Shown piece by piece: positions 1 to 7,164 of a stretch of DNA of 24,122 nt. A model generated the notes under the pieces. That model made no database searches. It was given only the letters and a program-made list of their open reading frames with translations, and had not been told where the DNA came from. Position numbers and translations under genes: made by a program. Source of the DNA: a virus (Duplodnaviria > Caudoviricetes); IMG/VR virus record IMGVR_UViG_3300025894_000066, positions 1 through 24,122 of that record. One strand, given 5' to 3'. Each line of letters starts with the position of its first letter. Positions within the stretch are counted from its first letter, which is position 1.

Positions 1-181
1 AACGATTAAGGTCAAAACTTTCACAACCTTCATTATTACCATTAATAATAATCTCATCTTTGTAAATACCTACATTAAAATTATTACCAATGTTTTTTAG
101 GTATTCTGCTTCATTCTTAACAGCACACCATTCATCTACGGTAAAGTCCGTAGGTTGTTTCCAATAGTTAGTATATCCCAT
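1..181 (-). CDS. Hypothetical phage protein, truncated by window edge (MGYTNYWKQPTDFTVDEWCAVKNEAEYLKNIGNNFNVGIYKDEIIINGNNEGCESFDLNR...)
   Basis: Manual translation: ATG at 181-179 with AGGAGG SD just upstream; frame stays open to the window edge. Not in the ORF track. Confidence 0.8.
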   Translation of the reverse strand, partial: MGYTNYWKQPTDFTVDEWCAVKNEAEYLKNIGNNFNVGIYKDEIIINGNNEGCESFDLNR

Positions 182-189
182 TTATCCTC

Positions 190-318
190 CTAGTTTGATT
201 TATTGATTAATACTATTTTTTTAATACCTATCCCATTCTTATACGGGATGACCTTATAAGGCGTAGGGCTGTTAAGCCCTGCCTCAATCGCTTGTTTAAT
301 GTATTCTGCCCAATTCAT
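190..318 (-). CDS. Small hypothetical protein, 42 aa (MNWAEYIKQAIEAGLNSPTPYKVIPYKNGIGIKKIVLINKSN)
   Basis: Manual translation; AGGAGGA SD before ATG at 318; its TAG overlaps the SD of the next gene; fills the gap exactly. Confidence 0.75.
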   Translation of the reverse strand: MNWAEYIKQAIEAGLNSPTPYKVIPYKNGIGIKKIVLINKSN

Positions 319-325
319 ATTCCTC

Positions 326-481
326 CTAGTTTAATTGCGGTAGATAAGACCAAAATTTAATCCCTGCTACTGCTGTTAATGATAGACCAAGCCACACGCT
401 TAAATGTATGGCTATAATTATTCCTAAAAACATAAGCGCAAAACAAAGCGCAAACGCTATTGCTGTCAATATAGGGTGCAT
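326..481 (-). CDS. Small membrane protein, 51 aa, two predicted hydrophobic helices (MHPILTAIAFALCFALMFLGIIIAIHLSVWLGLSLTAVAGIKFWSYLPQLN)
   Basis: Manual translation; TAATG overlap with the upstream micro-ORF; almost entirely hydrophobic. Confidence 0.75.
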   Translation of the reverse strand: MHPILTAIAFALCFALMFLGIIIAIHLSVWLGLSLTAVAGIKFWSYLPQLN

Positions 482-546
482 TATTCATCCCCCCATAATC
501 TAACGATTACAAGGGAACAAATTAGAGCCAATAAAAAATACTCCAT
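481..546 (-). CDS. Hydrophobic micro-peptide, 21 aa (MEYFLLALICSLVIVRLWGDE)
   Basis: TAATG stop/start overlaps at both ends (546 and 481), with an AAGGAG SD 5 nt upstream of the ATG. Confidence 0.6.
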   Translation of the reverse strand: MEYFLLALICSLVIVRLWGDE

Positions 547-815
547 TACCACTCCTTCCTAGTTTCTGGTTTAAGATGAATAACATTACCCACGATTACA
601 CCATCAAATAATTGATTATAAAGTTTAGTAGCTTGCTCATTGATAGGCTTACGTTTTAATTTACCTTCCTCATCAACTAACAAACATCCTAAATCTTCAA
701 GATCAACTAATTCAACATAACCGCCAACAGCTTTTTGAGCCTCCTCAAGTGAAGGCTCATAATCATAGACGGTCATAGTAGGTTTATTAGTTTTTATAAC
801 GCTTACTGTTTCCAT
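546..815 (-). CDS. DUF3846-like phage protein, 89 aa
   Basis: Motifs SLEEAQKAVGGYVE and DEEGKLKRKPINEQAT recognised from memory as DUF3846-like. Start moved from 842 to 815 because AAGGAG lies just upstream of that ATG. Confidence 0.8.
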   Translation of the reverse strand: METVSVIKTNKPTMTVYDYEPSLEEAQKAVGGYVELVDLEDLGCLLVDEEGKLKRKPINEQATKLYNQLFDGVIVGNVIHLKPETRKEW

Positions 816-834
816 GTTTTCTCCTTTAGTTTTA

Positions 835-850
835 ATTAACATAAGTTAAT
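835..850. promoter_or_regulatory. Palindromic operator-like site ATTAAC-ataa-GTTAAT
   Basis: Perfect 6-4-6 inverted repeat; the same arms recur at 1681-1696. Confidence 0.55.
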
Positions 851-878
851 AATTTAATCATTTAATAAAACCCGTCAA
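851..878 (-). promoter_or_regulatory. Sigma70-type leftward (early) promoter, TTGACG-N16-TAAATT
   Basis: Near-consensus -35 at 878-873 and -10 at 856-851, upstream of the leftward operon. Confidence 0.55.
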
Positions 879-894
879 CCCATAAAATAACAAT

Positions 895-923
895 TTGCAT
901 AAAAAAAAACTTTAGTTTATAAT
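895..923 (+). promoter_or_regulatory. Sigma70-type promoter for terS, TTGCAT-N17-TATAAT
   Basis: Perfect -10 (918-923) with a 17-nt A-tract spacer; ATG follows 9 nt after the -10. Confidence 0.7.
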
Positions 924-932
924 GTTGCAAAT

Positions 933-1361
933 ATGTCACAAAACCTCACAGACAAACAAAAAATGTTCGTTGAATACTTTAGCCAGACGGGCAACGCTAC
1001 CCAATCAGCGATCAAGGCGGGATACTCTGAAAAGACTGCTGAACAGCAAGGCTACGAACTTAAAAACAAGCTACAAAACCAGATAGAGAACGCTACCAAG
1101 AAACTGCTCGGGTCTGCTGTACCAATGGCGGTGGATAAACTTAAAAAGCTGATTGAGAACGATAAGACTACTCCAAGTGTTCAACTAGGTGCAATCAACT
1201 CATTGCTAGATAGAACGGGCTACCAGACTACAACCAAGTTTGAAGATATAACGGGTAAGAAAACAGACGAGGAACTTAAGGCCGAACTAGATCACTTACT
1301 TACTAACATGAAGATCGTTAAACTTACTGATCCAAGTGATGGTGGGTCTAGCTTAAACTAG
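933..1361 (+). CDS. terS: Terminase small subunit
   Basis: N-terminal HTH signature LTDKQKMFVEYF..GNATQSAIKAGYSEKTA typical of Terminase_2-type small subunits; lies upstream of terL. Confidence 0.88.
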   Translation: MSQNLTDKQKMFVEYFSQTGNATQSAIKAGYSEKTAEQQGYELKNKLQNQIENATKKLLGSAVPMAVDKLKKLIENDKTTPSVQLGAINSLLDRTGYQTTTKFEDITGKKTDEELKAELDHLLTNMKIVKLTDPSDGGSSLN

Positions 1362-1680
1362 GTCATTACTCCTCCATATCTGCTCATAGACAAGCATAAC
1401 ACCTAAAGGACAGTAGAAGGCTTATCACTCTGATTACCTGCGTAAAAGGGCTGGATGAAGGATGTCCGCACACACACACACGCCTTCCCCTGCTATGCCT
1501 CAAGCGGTGCGGTCTGGTGAATATTACCCCTGCTTTGTTCTATTCCTCTCCTACATACACACACAGACAAGGGCTTCGTTATGTGGATGGATGCCCGTGA
1601 TTTGACCCCCCACCCCCCAAGAAGCGATTTGTGTCATTAATCAATGGATAACTCTGCAAACTCATGGGTAATTATTAAAT
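1362..1680. other. GC-rich non-coding island with CA microsatellites, short direct repeats and a C6-A-C6 tract; candidate packaging/terminus region
   Basis: 97/180 G+C in 1441-1620 versus an AT-rich background; no credible ORF; sits between terS and terL. Confidence 0.45.
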
Positions 1681-1697
1681 ATTAACCTATGTTAATA
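1680..1697. promoter_or_regulatory. Palindromic operator-like site TATTAAC-ctat-GTTAATA
   Basis: Perfect 7-4-7 inverted repeat immediately upstream of a TTGCAT -35. Confidence 0.55.
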
Positions 1698-1699
1698 GC

Positions 1700-1728
1700 T
1701 TGCATATGTGTTTTTTTTAAACTATATG
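1700..1728 (+). promoter_or_regulatory. Putative late promoter, TTGCAT-N17-TATATG
   Basis: Same -35 as the terS promoter, T-tract spacer, imperfect -10; ATG at 1735. Confidence 0.4.
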
Positions 1729-1734
1729 GCTTAT

Positions 1735-1953
1735 ATGGCACGTAAATTTTTACAGATAAAAAAACCACAAACTTTATTGCATTTTCAGAATAGTAAATAT
1801 ATTTATAGGTATGTTCTTGTTGATAGAGTTCCTTATACTGCTACACAACATCATGGATTTGACGATAAAACGCATATGACAACCGAAGAAATTTTTGAAT
1901 TAGCAACACCACGTAAAATACGTAGAAAATATATTATAAAAAATGACAAGTGA
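1735..1953 (+). CDS. Small basic hypothetical protein, about 72 aa (MARKFLQIKKPQ...)
   Basis: ORF track gives 1708..1953 (GTG start). ATG at 1735 preferred because the upstream part overlaps promoter-like sequence. Overlaps the terL start by 11 nt. Confidence 0.7.
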   Translation: MARKFLQIKKPQTLLHFQNSKYIYRYVLVDRVPYTATQHHGFDDKTHMTTEEIFELATPRKIRRKYIIKNDK

Positions 1954-3364
1954 CGACCTAGAACAAGCTGTTAAGATAGCCAAAGAATTAGAGCAAAGAA
2001 AAGCTACTAATCGTATGAGTGAATATAAACCATACAAATACCAAATGAAATTCCATAATGCAAAAGCGCAACAAAGATTGCTTATGGCTGGAAATAGGAT
2101 CGGTAAGTCTTTTAGTGGGGCTATGGAAATGGCGTACCATGTGACGGGTCTATACCCAACATGGTGGGAAGGTAAACGGTTTAACAGACCAATTCGTGCT
2201 TGGGCTGGGGGAGTTTCTAATGAAACCACTAGGGATGTTTGCCAAAAAGAACTTATCGGTCAACCAGACGACCCTGCGGCAAAAGGTACAGGATCAATAC
2301 CTTTAAAATATATTGTAGAAACTGTTAGAAAAGCAGGTGTACCTAACGCTTTAAACTCCGTTATTGTAAAACACGTATCTGGTGGTAACTCCAGAATAGG
2401 TTTTAAATCATATGATATGGGTAAAGAAAAATGGATGGGTGAAAGTGTTGATGTGATCTGGCTAGATGAAGAACCACCTACTCCAATCTATACACAATCA
2501 CTAACACGAACAGCCGATAAAGGTGGTGTGGTATATATGACATTTACACCAGAAAGCGGTATGACAGAAACCGTTGCACAATTTGTAAACAACTTAAGAA
2601 AAGGACAAGCATTAATAACAGCAGGATGGGATGACGCACCTCATATGACAAAAGAGGTTAGAGAACAAATTTTAGCCGCATTACCGCCACACGAAAGAAA
2701 AATGAGAGAACGTGGAATACCACAATTAGGTTCTGGTTTAGTATTTCCAATAGCAGAAGAAGATGTAATATGTGATGAAATTGTATTACCAGATCATTGG
2801 CCAAAAATTTGTGGGCTGGATTTTGGATGGGATCACCCAACAGCCGCAGTATGGGTTGCTTGGGATAGAGATACAGATACAGCTTATGTTTATGATTGTT
2901 ATGCTATGAGGCAAGAAGCAGTACCTATTCATGCATCTGCTATAAAAATGAGAGGAAAACATATACCTGTTATTTGGCCTATGGATGGCAGACAAGCTGA
3001 TAAAGGTTCTGGTAAAAGTTTAACACAACAGTACAAAGAAGAAGGTGTTAATATGAGCAGAGAACATTTTAGTAATCCACCTCAAAACGGACAAAAAGAT
3101 GGTTCTGGAGGAAACTCCGTAGAAGCAGGTGTTCAAGAATTATACACTAGATTTAAAACACAAAGGTTGAAAATATTTAAAAATCAGAGTAAACTGCTAG
3201 AAGAATTGCGTATGTATCATAGAAAAGATGGTAAGATTGTACCAGCTAATGATGACGTAATATCTGCAATGAGATATGCAGTTATGTCGTTAAGAAAAGC
3301 TAGAACAAAATCATATGAAAGATTACAAGTGCAATCAGATTATGAGTTTAATATATTTAACTAA
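1943..3364 (+). CDS. terL: Terminase large subunit
   Basis: Walker A (MAGNRIGKS), Walker B (VIWLDEE), coupling motif (TFTP) and RNase H-like nuclease motifs (GLDFGWDHP, DDVISAMRY). Confidence 0.97.
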   Translation: MTSDDLEQAVKIAKELEQRKATNRMSEYKPYKYQMKFHNAKAQQRLLMAGNRIGKSFSGAMEMAYHVTGLYPTWWEGKRFNRPIRAWAGGVSNETTRDVCQKELIGQPDDPAAKGTGSIPLKYIVETVRKAGVPNALNSVIVKHVSGGNSRIGFKSYDMGKEKWMGESVDVIWLDEEPPTPIYTQSLTRTADKGGVVYMTFTPESGMTETVAQFVNNLRKGQALITAGWDDAPHMTKEVREQILAALPPHERKMRERGIPQLGSGLVFPIAEEDVICDEIVLPDHWPKICGLDFGWDHPTAAVWVAWDRDTDTAYVYDCYAMRQEAVPIHASAIKMRGKHIPVIWPMDGRQADKGSGKSLTQQYKEEGVNMSREHFSNPPQNGQKDGSGGNSVEAGVQELYTRFKTQRLKIFKNQSKLLEELRMYHRKDGKIVPANDDVISAMRYAVMSLRKARTKSYERLQVQSDYEFNIFN

Positions 3365-3376
3365 CAAAGGATAACA

Positions 3377-3631
3377 ATGGGATTTGTAAGAAGAATAATA
3401 CAGACAATTACACAAACAGTAAATCCACCCGCAGTACAAGTACAAGCACCTGCACAAACTGCACCTGCACAAACTGCACCAGTAACAGATGTTGCGGCAC
3501 AAAAAAAAGCGGCATTAGGTTCTGGTTATGGAACATCTGGACAAACTGTATTATCTAGTGGTGATACAGAAGAAGCAAATGTTTCTAAAACTATTTTAGG
3601 TCAAGGCAAAAAGAAAAAAATTAAAGCATAA
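3377..3631 (+). CDS. Small putative virion protein with QTAPA repeats; paralogue of 4074..4283
   Basis: AAGGA SD; C-terminal GQTVLSSG..EANVSKTILG followed by a Lys-rich tail. Confidence 0.75.
   Translation: MGFVRRIIQTITQTVNPPAVQVQAPAQTAPAQTAPVTDVAAQKKAALGSGYGTSGQTVLSSGDTEEANVSKTILGQGKKKKIKA
3446..3480 (+). repeat. Perfect 15-bp in-frame tandem repeat GCACCTGCACAAACT x2.3
   Basis: Units at 3446-3460, 3461-3475 and a partial unit at 3476-3480. Confidence 0.95.
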
Positions 3632-3634
3632 TTT

Positions 3635-4063
3635 ATGGTTGAAGTCGTAACAGACGACAAATGGAGAAAACCAATTGGTGATTATCTAAAAAAAAATTGT
3701 CATATATCTGCTGATATAAAAGATGAATTTTCCTATATTGGTTTTGTTGAAAATGAAAAAATATTAGGTGGATTTTTATTTACTGATTATGATGGTCATA
3801 ATATCTATGTTCATTTAGCTATAGAAAGTCCTAGATTATTTACCAGAAAACATATAAGATACGTTTTTGACTACGGTTTTAAACAAATCGGCTGTGGTCG
3901 TATGACAGCAGTTTGTAGAAATGGATACGAACGTAATGAACGTATTTTATCTGGAACAGGTTGGAAAAAAGAAGGCGTAGTTAGACAAGTTATGAAAATA
4001 GATAATAATTTTGTTGATGCGGCTATATACGGTATGTTAAAAGAAGAATGTAAATGGATTTAG
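3635..4063 (+). CDS. GNAT-family (RimJ/RimL-like) acetyltransferase
   Basis: Motifs FDYGFKQIGCGRM, NERILSGTGWKKEGVVRQ and DAAIYGMLKEE match the RimJ/RimL-type GNAT C-terminal pattern. Confidence 0.8.
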   Translation: MVEVVTDDKWRKPIGDYLKKNCHISADIKDEFSYIGFVENEKILGGFLFTDYDGHNIYVHLAIESPRLFTRKHIRYVFDYGFKQIGCGRMTAVCRNGYERNERILSGTGWKKEGVVRQVMKIDNNFVDAAIYGMLKEECKWI

Positions 4064-4073
4064 GAGAATAATT

Positions 4074-4283
4074 ATGGGCGGAAAAGCACAACCACAAATG
4101 CCACCACCAGTAGATCAATCGGTCTATGATAAAACTGCGGAAGCAGATGCAAAACTTGCGGCTGAAAAAGAAAAAATGTTAGGTACAAAAAAAAAGGGAA
4201 TGTACGGAACAATTTTAACTTCTGGTACAGGTGATGAAACAGAAGCGGAAACAAGTAAAACAGTATTAGGAGGAGGAGTATAA
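4074..4283 (+). CDS. Small putative virion protein of the kind found before BPP-1-like portals
   Basis: AGGAG SD; MGG start; GTILTSGTG...SKTVLGG motif. Confidence 0.8.
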   Translation: MGGKAQPQMPPPVDQSVYDKTAEADAKLAAEKEKMLGTKKKGMYGTILTSGTGDETEAETSKTVLGGGV

Positions 4284-4411
4284 TGTCATTAGTAAAAAAT
4301 ATTAATGCTAGAAAAAAAGCTGGCACTTCAAGACCAAAAAGTAAATCAACAGTATCTCCAAAAGCATACAAAGCAATGAAGTCTGGTTGGAAGAATACAA
4401 AAAAAAGTTAG
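4283..4411 (+). CDS. Very basic 42-aa protein (MSLVKNINARKKAGTSRPKSKSTVSPKAYKAMKSGWKNTKKS)
   Basis: Manual translation; TAATG overlap, AGGAGGAGGAG SD, ends 1 nt before the portal ATG; 11 Lys and 2 Arg, no acidic residues. Confidence 0.85.
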   Translation: MSLVKNINARKKAGTSRPKSKSTVSPKAYKAMKSGWKNTKKS

Positions 4412-4412
4412 T

Positions 4413-6077
4413 ATGGCATCTTTTGAATATGTAAAAAAACGTCTAGGCTCTATGGAAGAAGATAGAGGAACTTGGGAAACTCATTGGCAAGAAATTCTTG
4501 ACTATGTTATGCCAAGAAAAGCAGACGTTATAACTTTAAGAACTCGTGGTGAAAAAAGAACAGAAGTTTTATATGACAGTACAGCTATTACTGCTAACAA
4601 TTTATTAGCGGCATCATTACAAGGTACACTTACATCTCCATCATTAGCATGGTTCTCAATTAAATTAAGAGATGAAAATCTAAATCAAAATAGAGAAGTT
4701 GCTTTATGGTTAGAAGATACTGCAAAAAGAATGTATGACACTTTTAACGAAACAAATTTTAATACAGAAGTACATGAATTATATCTTGATCTATGCTCAA
4801 TAGGTACAGGTGCAATTTTTGTTGAAGAAGGTAAAAAAGGTTTTGATACAGACGGTATTCATTTTAATTGTTTACATATTGCAGAATATTATATTCAAGA
4901 AAATATAAATGGAAAAGTAGATACACTTTATAGAAAATATAAATTAACAGCTAGACAAGCTGTTCAAGAATTTGGTGAAGAAAATTTAGGTGAAAAAATT
5001 TTAAAAGCGGCAAGAGAAAAACCAGAAAAAAATTTTACATTTATTCATGCTGTAGAACCAACAGAAGATTACGAAAGAGCAACAGGAAAATCTGCAACTA
5101 AATTACCATTCCATTCATGTCATGTTTGTGAGGAAGATAAAATGGTTGTTAGAACAGGTGGTTATAATGAATTCCCATATTTAGTACCACGTTGGTCAAA
5201 AGCAACTGGTGAAATTTTTGGAAGATCACCATCATTTAATGCATTACCAGATATTAAAACTTTAAACAAAGCAGTTGAAATTGGATTAAAAGCATGGGCT
5301 AAAGCAATTGACCCACCACTACTTGTTCAAGATGATGGAGTAATTGGTAGAGTTAGAATGACACCTGCTGGAATTACAGTTGTTAGAAATGACGGTGCTG
5401 TTAAACCATTACAAATTGGTTCTAATTGGCAAATAACTGACATGAAAGAAAATCAATTAAGAACTGCTATTAGACAAGCATTTTATTCAGACCAATTACA
5501 ATTACAAGAAGGCCCACAAATGACAGCAACAGAAGTTCAAGTTAGATATGAACTTATGCAAAGATTACTTGGGCCAACATTAGGTCGTTTCCAAACTGAA
5601 TTTTTAAATCCATTAATTGAAAGAGTATTTGGAATTATGTTTAGAGCAGGTGCTTTAATGCCTGCACCAGATGTTATTCAAGACACTACAATTGATGTAG
5701 AATATGTTGGGCCATTAGCTAGATCACAAAGAATGGAAGAAGCAGTTGCTATAGAAAGATTATATACTTTAGCAATGAATATTGCACAAGTTGATCCTGC
5801 TATTATGGATAATATAGATCACGATAACGCAATTAGAATGAGAGCAAAATTACTTGGTGTACCTAAAACTGTTTTAAGAGGTAAAGATCAAGTTGATGAA
5901 ATGAGAGCCGCACAAGCAGAAGCACAACAACAAGCGGCAATGGCACAACAAGCACAACAAGAAGCACAAGTAGCTAACACACAAGCTGACGCAACTAAAA
6001 AATTAGCAGACCCTAATGTACAATCCGCTATGGGAGATATGGCAGATGATATGGGTATGTCTGATATGATGGGATAA
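4413..6077 (+). CDS. Portal (head-to-tail connector), T7 gp8/BPP-1 type
   Basis: 554 aa; motifs PYLVPRW..GEIFGRSP, DPPLLV, MTATEV..R and EFLNPLIER; Gln/Ala-rich C-terminus; position after terL. Confidence 0.95.
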   Translation: MASFEYVKKRLGSMEEDRGTWETHWQEILDYVMPRKADVITLRTRGEKRTEVLYDSTAITANNLLAASLQGTLTSPSLAWFSIKLRDENLNQNREVALWLEDTAKRMYDTFNETNFNTEVHELYLDLCSIGTGAIFVEEGKKGFDTDGIHFNCLHIAEYYIQENINGKVDTLYRKYKLTARQAVQEFGEENLGEKILKAAREKPEKNFTFIHAVEPTEDYERATGKSATKLPFHSCHVCEEDKMVVRTGGYNEFPYLVPRWSKATGEIFGRSPSFNALPDIKTLNKAVEIGLKAWAKAIDPPLLVQDDGVIGRVRMTPAGITVVRNDGAVKPLQIGSNWQITDMKENQLRTAIRQAFYSDQLQLQEGPQMTATEVQVRYELMQRLLGPTLGRFQTEFLNPLIERVFGIMFRAGALMPAPDVIQDTTIDVEYVGPLARSQRMEEAVAIERLYTLAMNIAQVDPAIMDNIDHDNAIRMRAKLLGVPKTVLRGKDQVDEMRAAQAEAQQQAAMAQQAQQEAQVANTQADATKKLADPNVQSAMGDMADDMGMSDMMG

Positions 6078-6078
6078 T

Positions 6079-6294
6079 ATGGCAGATCAAGATACTGATC
6101 TAAAACAATTAAAACAACAATACAAAATTACATTTTCATCTAAAGAAGGTGAAAAGGTATTAGCAGATTTAACGTCTGCTTATTATCATAGAAGTTCATT
6201 TAAAGAGAACCCCTATGAAACAGCCTTTCGTGAAGGACAACGATCGGTATTAATCAGAATAATCAATCTAATAAAGGAGAATAAAAATGTCTGA
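6079..6294 (+). CDS. Bbp19-like small phage protein
   Basis: FSSKEGEKVLADL...TAFREGQRSV pattern; lies between portal and scaffold. Confidence 0.75.
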   Translation: MADQDTDLKQLKQQYKITFSSKEGEKVLADLTSAYYHRSSFKENPYETAFREGQRSVLIRIINLIKENKNV

Positions 6295-7138
6295 TGAACA
6301 AACGACCACTAATGACAATCCAGCAGTAGAAACTCAAATAGCTGATGCAGTACAAGGCACAGTTAATACAGTTCTTGGATCAGAAAGTGATAATCAAAAT
6401 GATTGGAGATCAACACTTTCAGAAGATTTAAAAAATGATCCAACTTTATCAAACTTTAAAGATGTAGAAAGTCTTGCTAAAACTGTAGTACATCAACAAA
6501 AAGTATTAGGTAGCAGAATACCATTACCTAAAACTGATGAAGAACGTAACGAACTTTATAATAAATTAGGCAGACCAGAAGATGCTAGTAAATATGAAGT
6601 TAATATTCCAAATGAAATGGCAGAATTTATGCCTAAAGAAGATATTGAACAATTTAAAAATGTTGCTCATAAAATTGGATTAAATAACGAACAAGTAAAT
6701 GCATTAATGGAATTTCAAGTTAGTGCAACTAAATCTAGTTTAGATAATCAAGGCGCAATTCTTAATCAAGAAAAAGAAAAATCAACAGAAGTTCTTAAAA
6801 AAGAATGGGGTTATGATTATGATAAAAATGTAAGGGCGGCACAAAGAGCATTAAATGTTTATGGTGATGCAGAATTACAACAACTTTTATCTGAAACATC
6901 TGCTGGAAATAATCCTGCTGTAGTAAAATTTTTAGCAACTATTGGTAAAGAAGTAACAGAAGATATGGCTCAAAATACTACTAATAATAGATTAGCTACA
7001 TCTCCGTTAGATGCTAAAGAAGAAATTAATAATGTTATGGCTGATACAAGTCATGCTTATTTTAATCCATCACACCCAAACCATGAAATTGCTGTAGAAA
7101 AAATGCGACAATTACATGAAAAAGTGTATGGTAAATAA
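6287..7138 (+). CDS. Capsid scaffolding/assembly protein
   Basis: Acidic and helical; KLGRPE and LKKEWG..YD motifs; AAGGAG SD; directly precedes the capsid gene. Confidence 0.82.
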   Translation: MSDEQTTTNDNPAVETQIADAVQGTVNTVLGSESDNQNDWRSTLSEDLKNDPTLSNFKDVESLAKTVVHQQKVLGSRIPLPKTDEERNELYNKLGRPEDASKYEVNIPNEMAEFMPKEDIEQFKNVAHKIGLNNEQVNALMEFQVSATKSSLDNQGAILNQEKEKSTEVLKKEWGYDYDKNVRAAQRALNVYGDAELQQLLSETSAGNNPAVVKFLATIGKEVTEDMAQNTTNNRLATSPLDAKEEINNVMADTSHAYFNPSHPNHEIAVEKMRQLHEKVYGK

Positions 7139-7146
7139 GTCACAAG

Positions 7147-7157
7147 TGTGATATTAT
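7147..7157 (+). promoter_or_regulatory. Putative extended -10 promoter (TGTG-a-TATTAT) for the capsid gene
   Basis: TGn-TAnnnT at the start of the 205-nt intergenic region, about 7 nt before the first leader hairpin. Confidence 0.45.
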
Positions 7158-7164
7158 TACAACA

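Noticed and set aside
816-842. N-terminal extension of the DUF3846-like ORF to 842
   Set aside because: It overlaps the SD, the palindrome and the predicted start site; ATG at 815 has a proper AAGGAG.
832-865. Canonical CtrA box among the multiple TTAA words
   Set aside because: Spacings between the TTAA words include 0, 4, 6 and 10 nt, but none is the canonical 7.
993-1223. Recurrent GCTAC/AACGCTACC words in terS as pac iterons
   Set aside because: Short, irregularly spaced and explainable by encoded residues (NAT, GY); not distinguishable from chance by eye.
1362-1680. CRISPR mini-array or tRNA in the non-coding island
   Set aside because: Repeats are only 5-8 nt and irregularly spaced; no cloverleaf or T-loop consensus.
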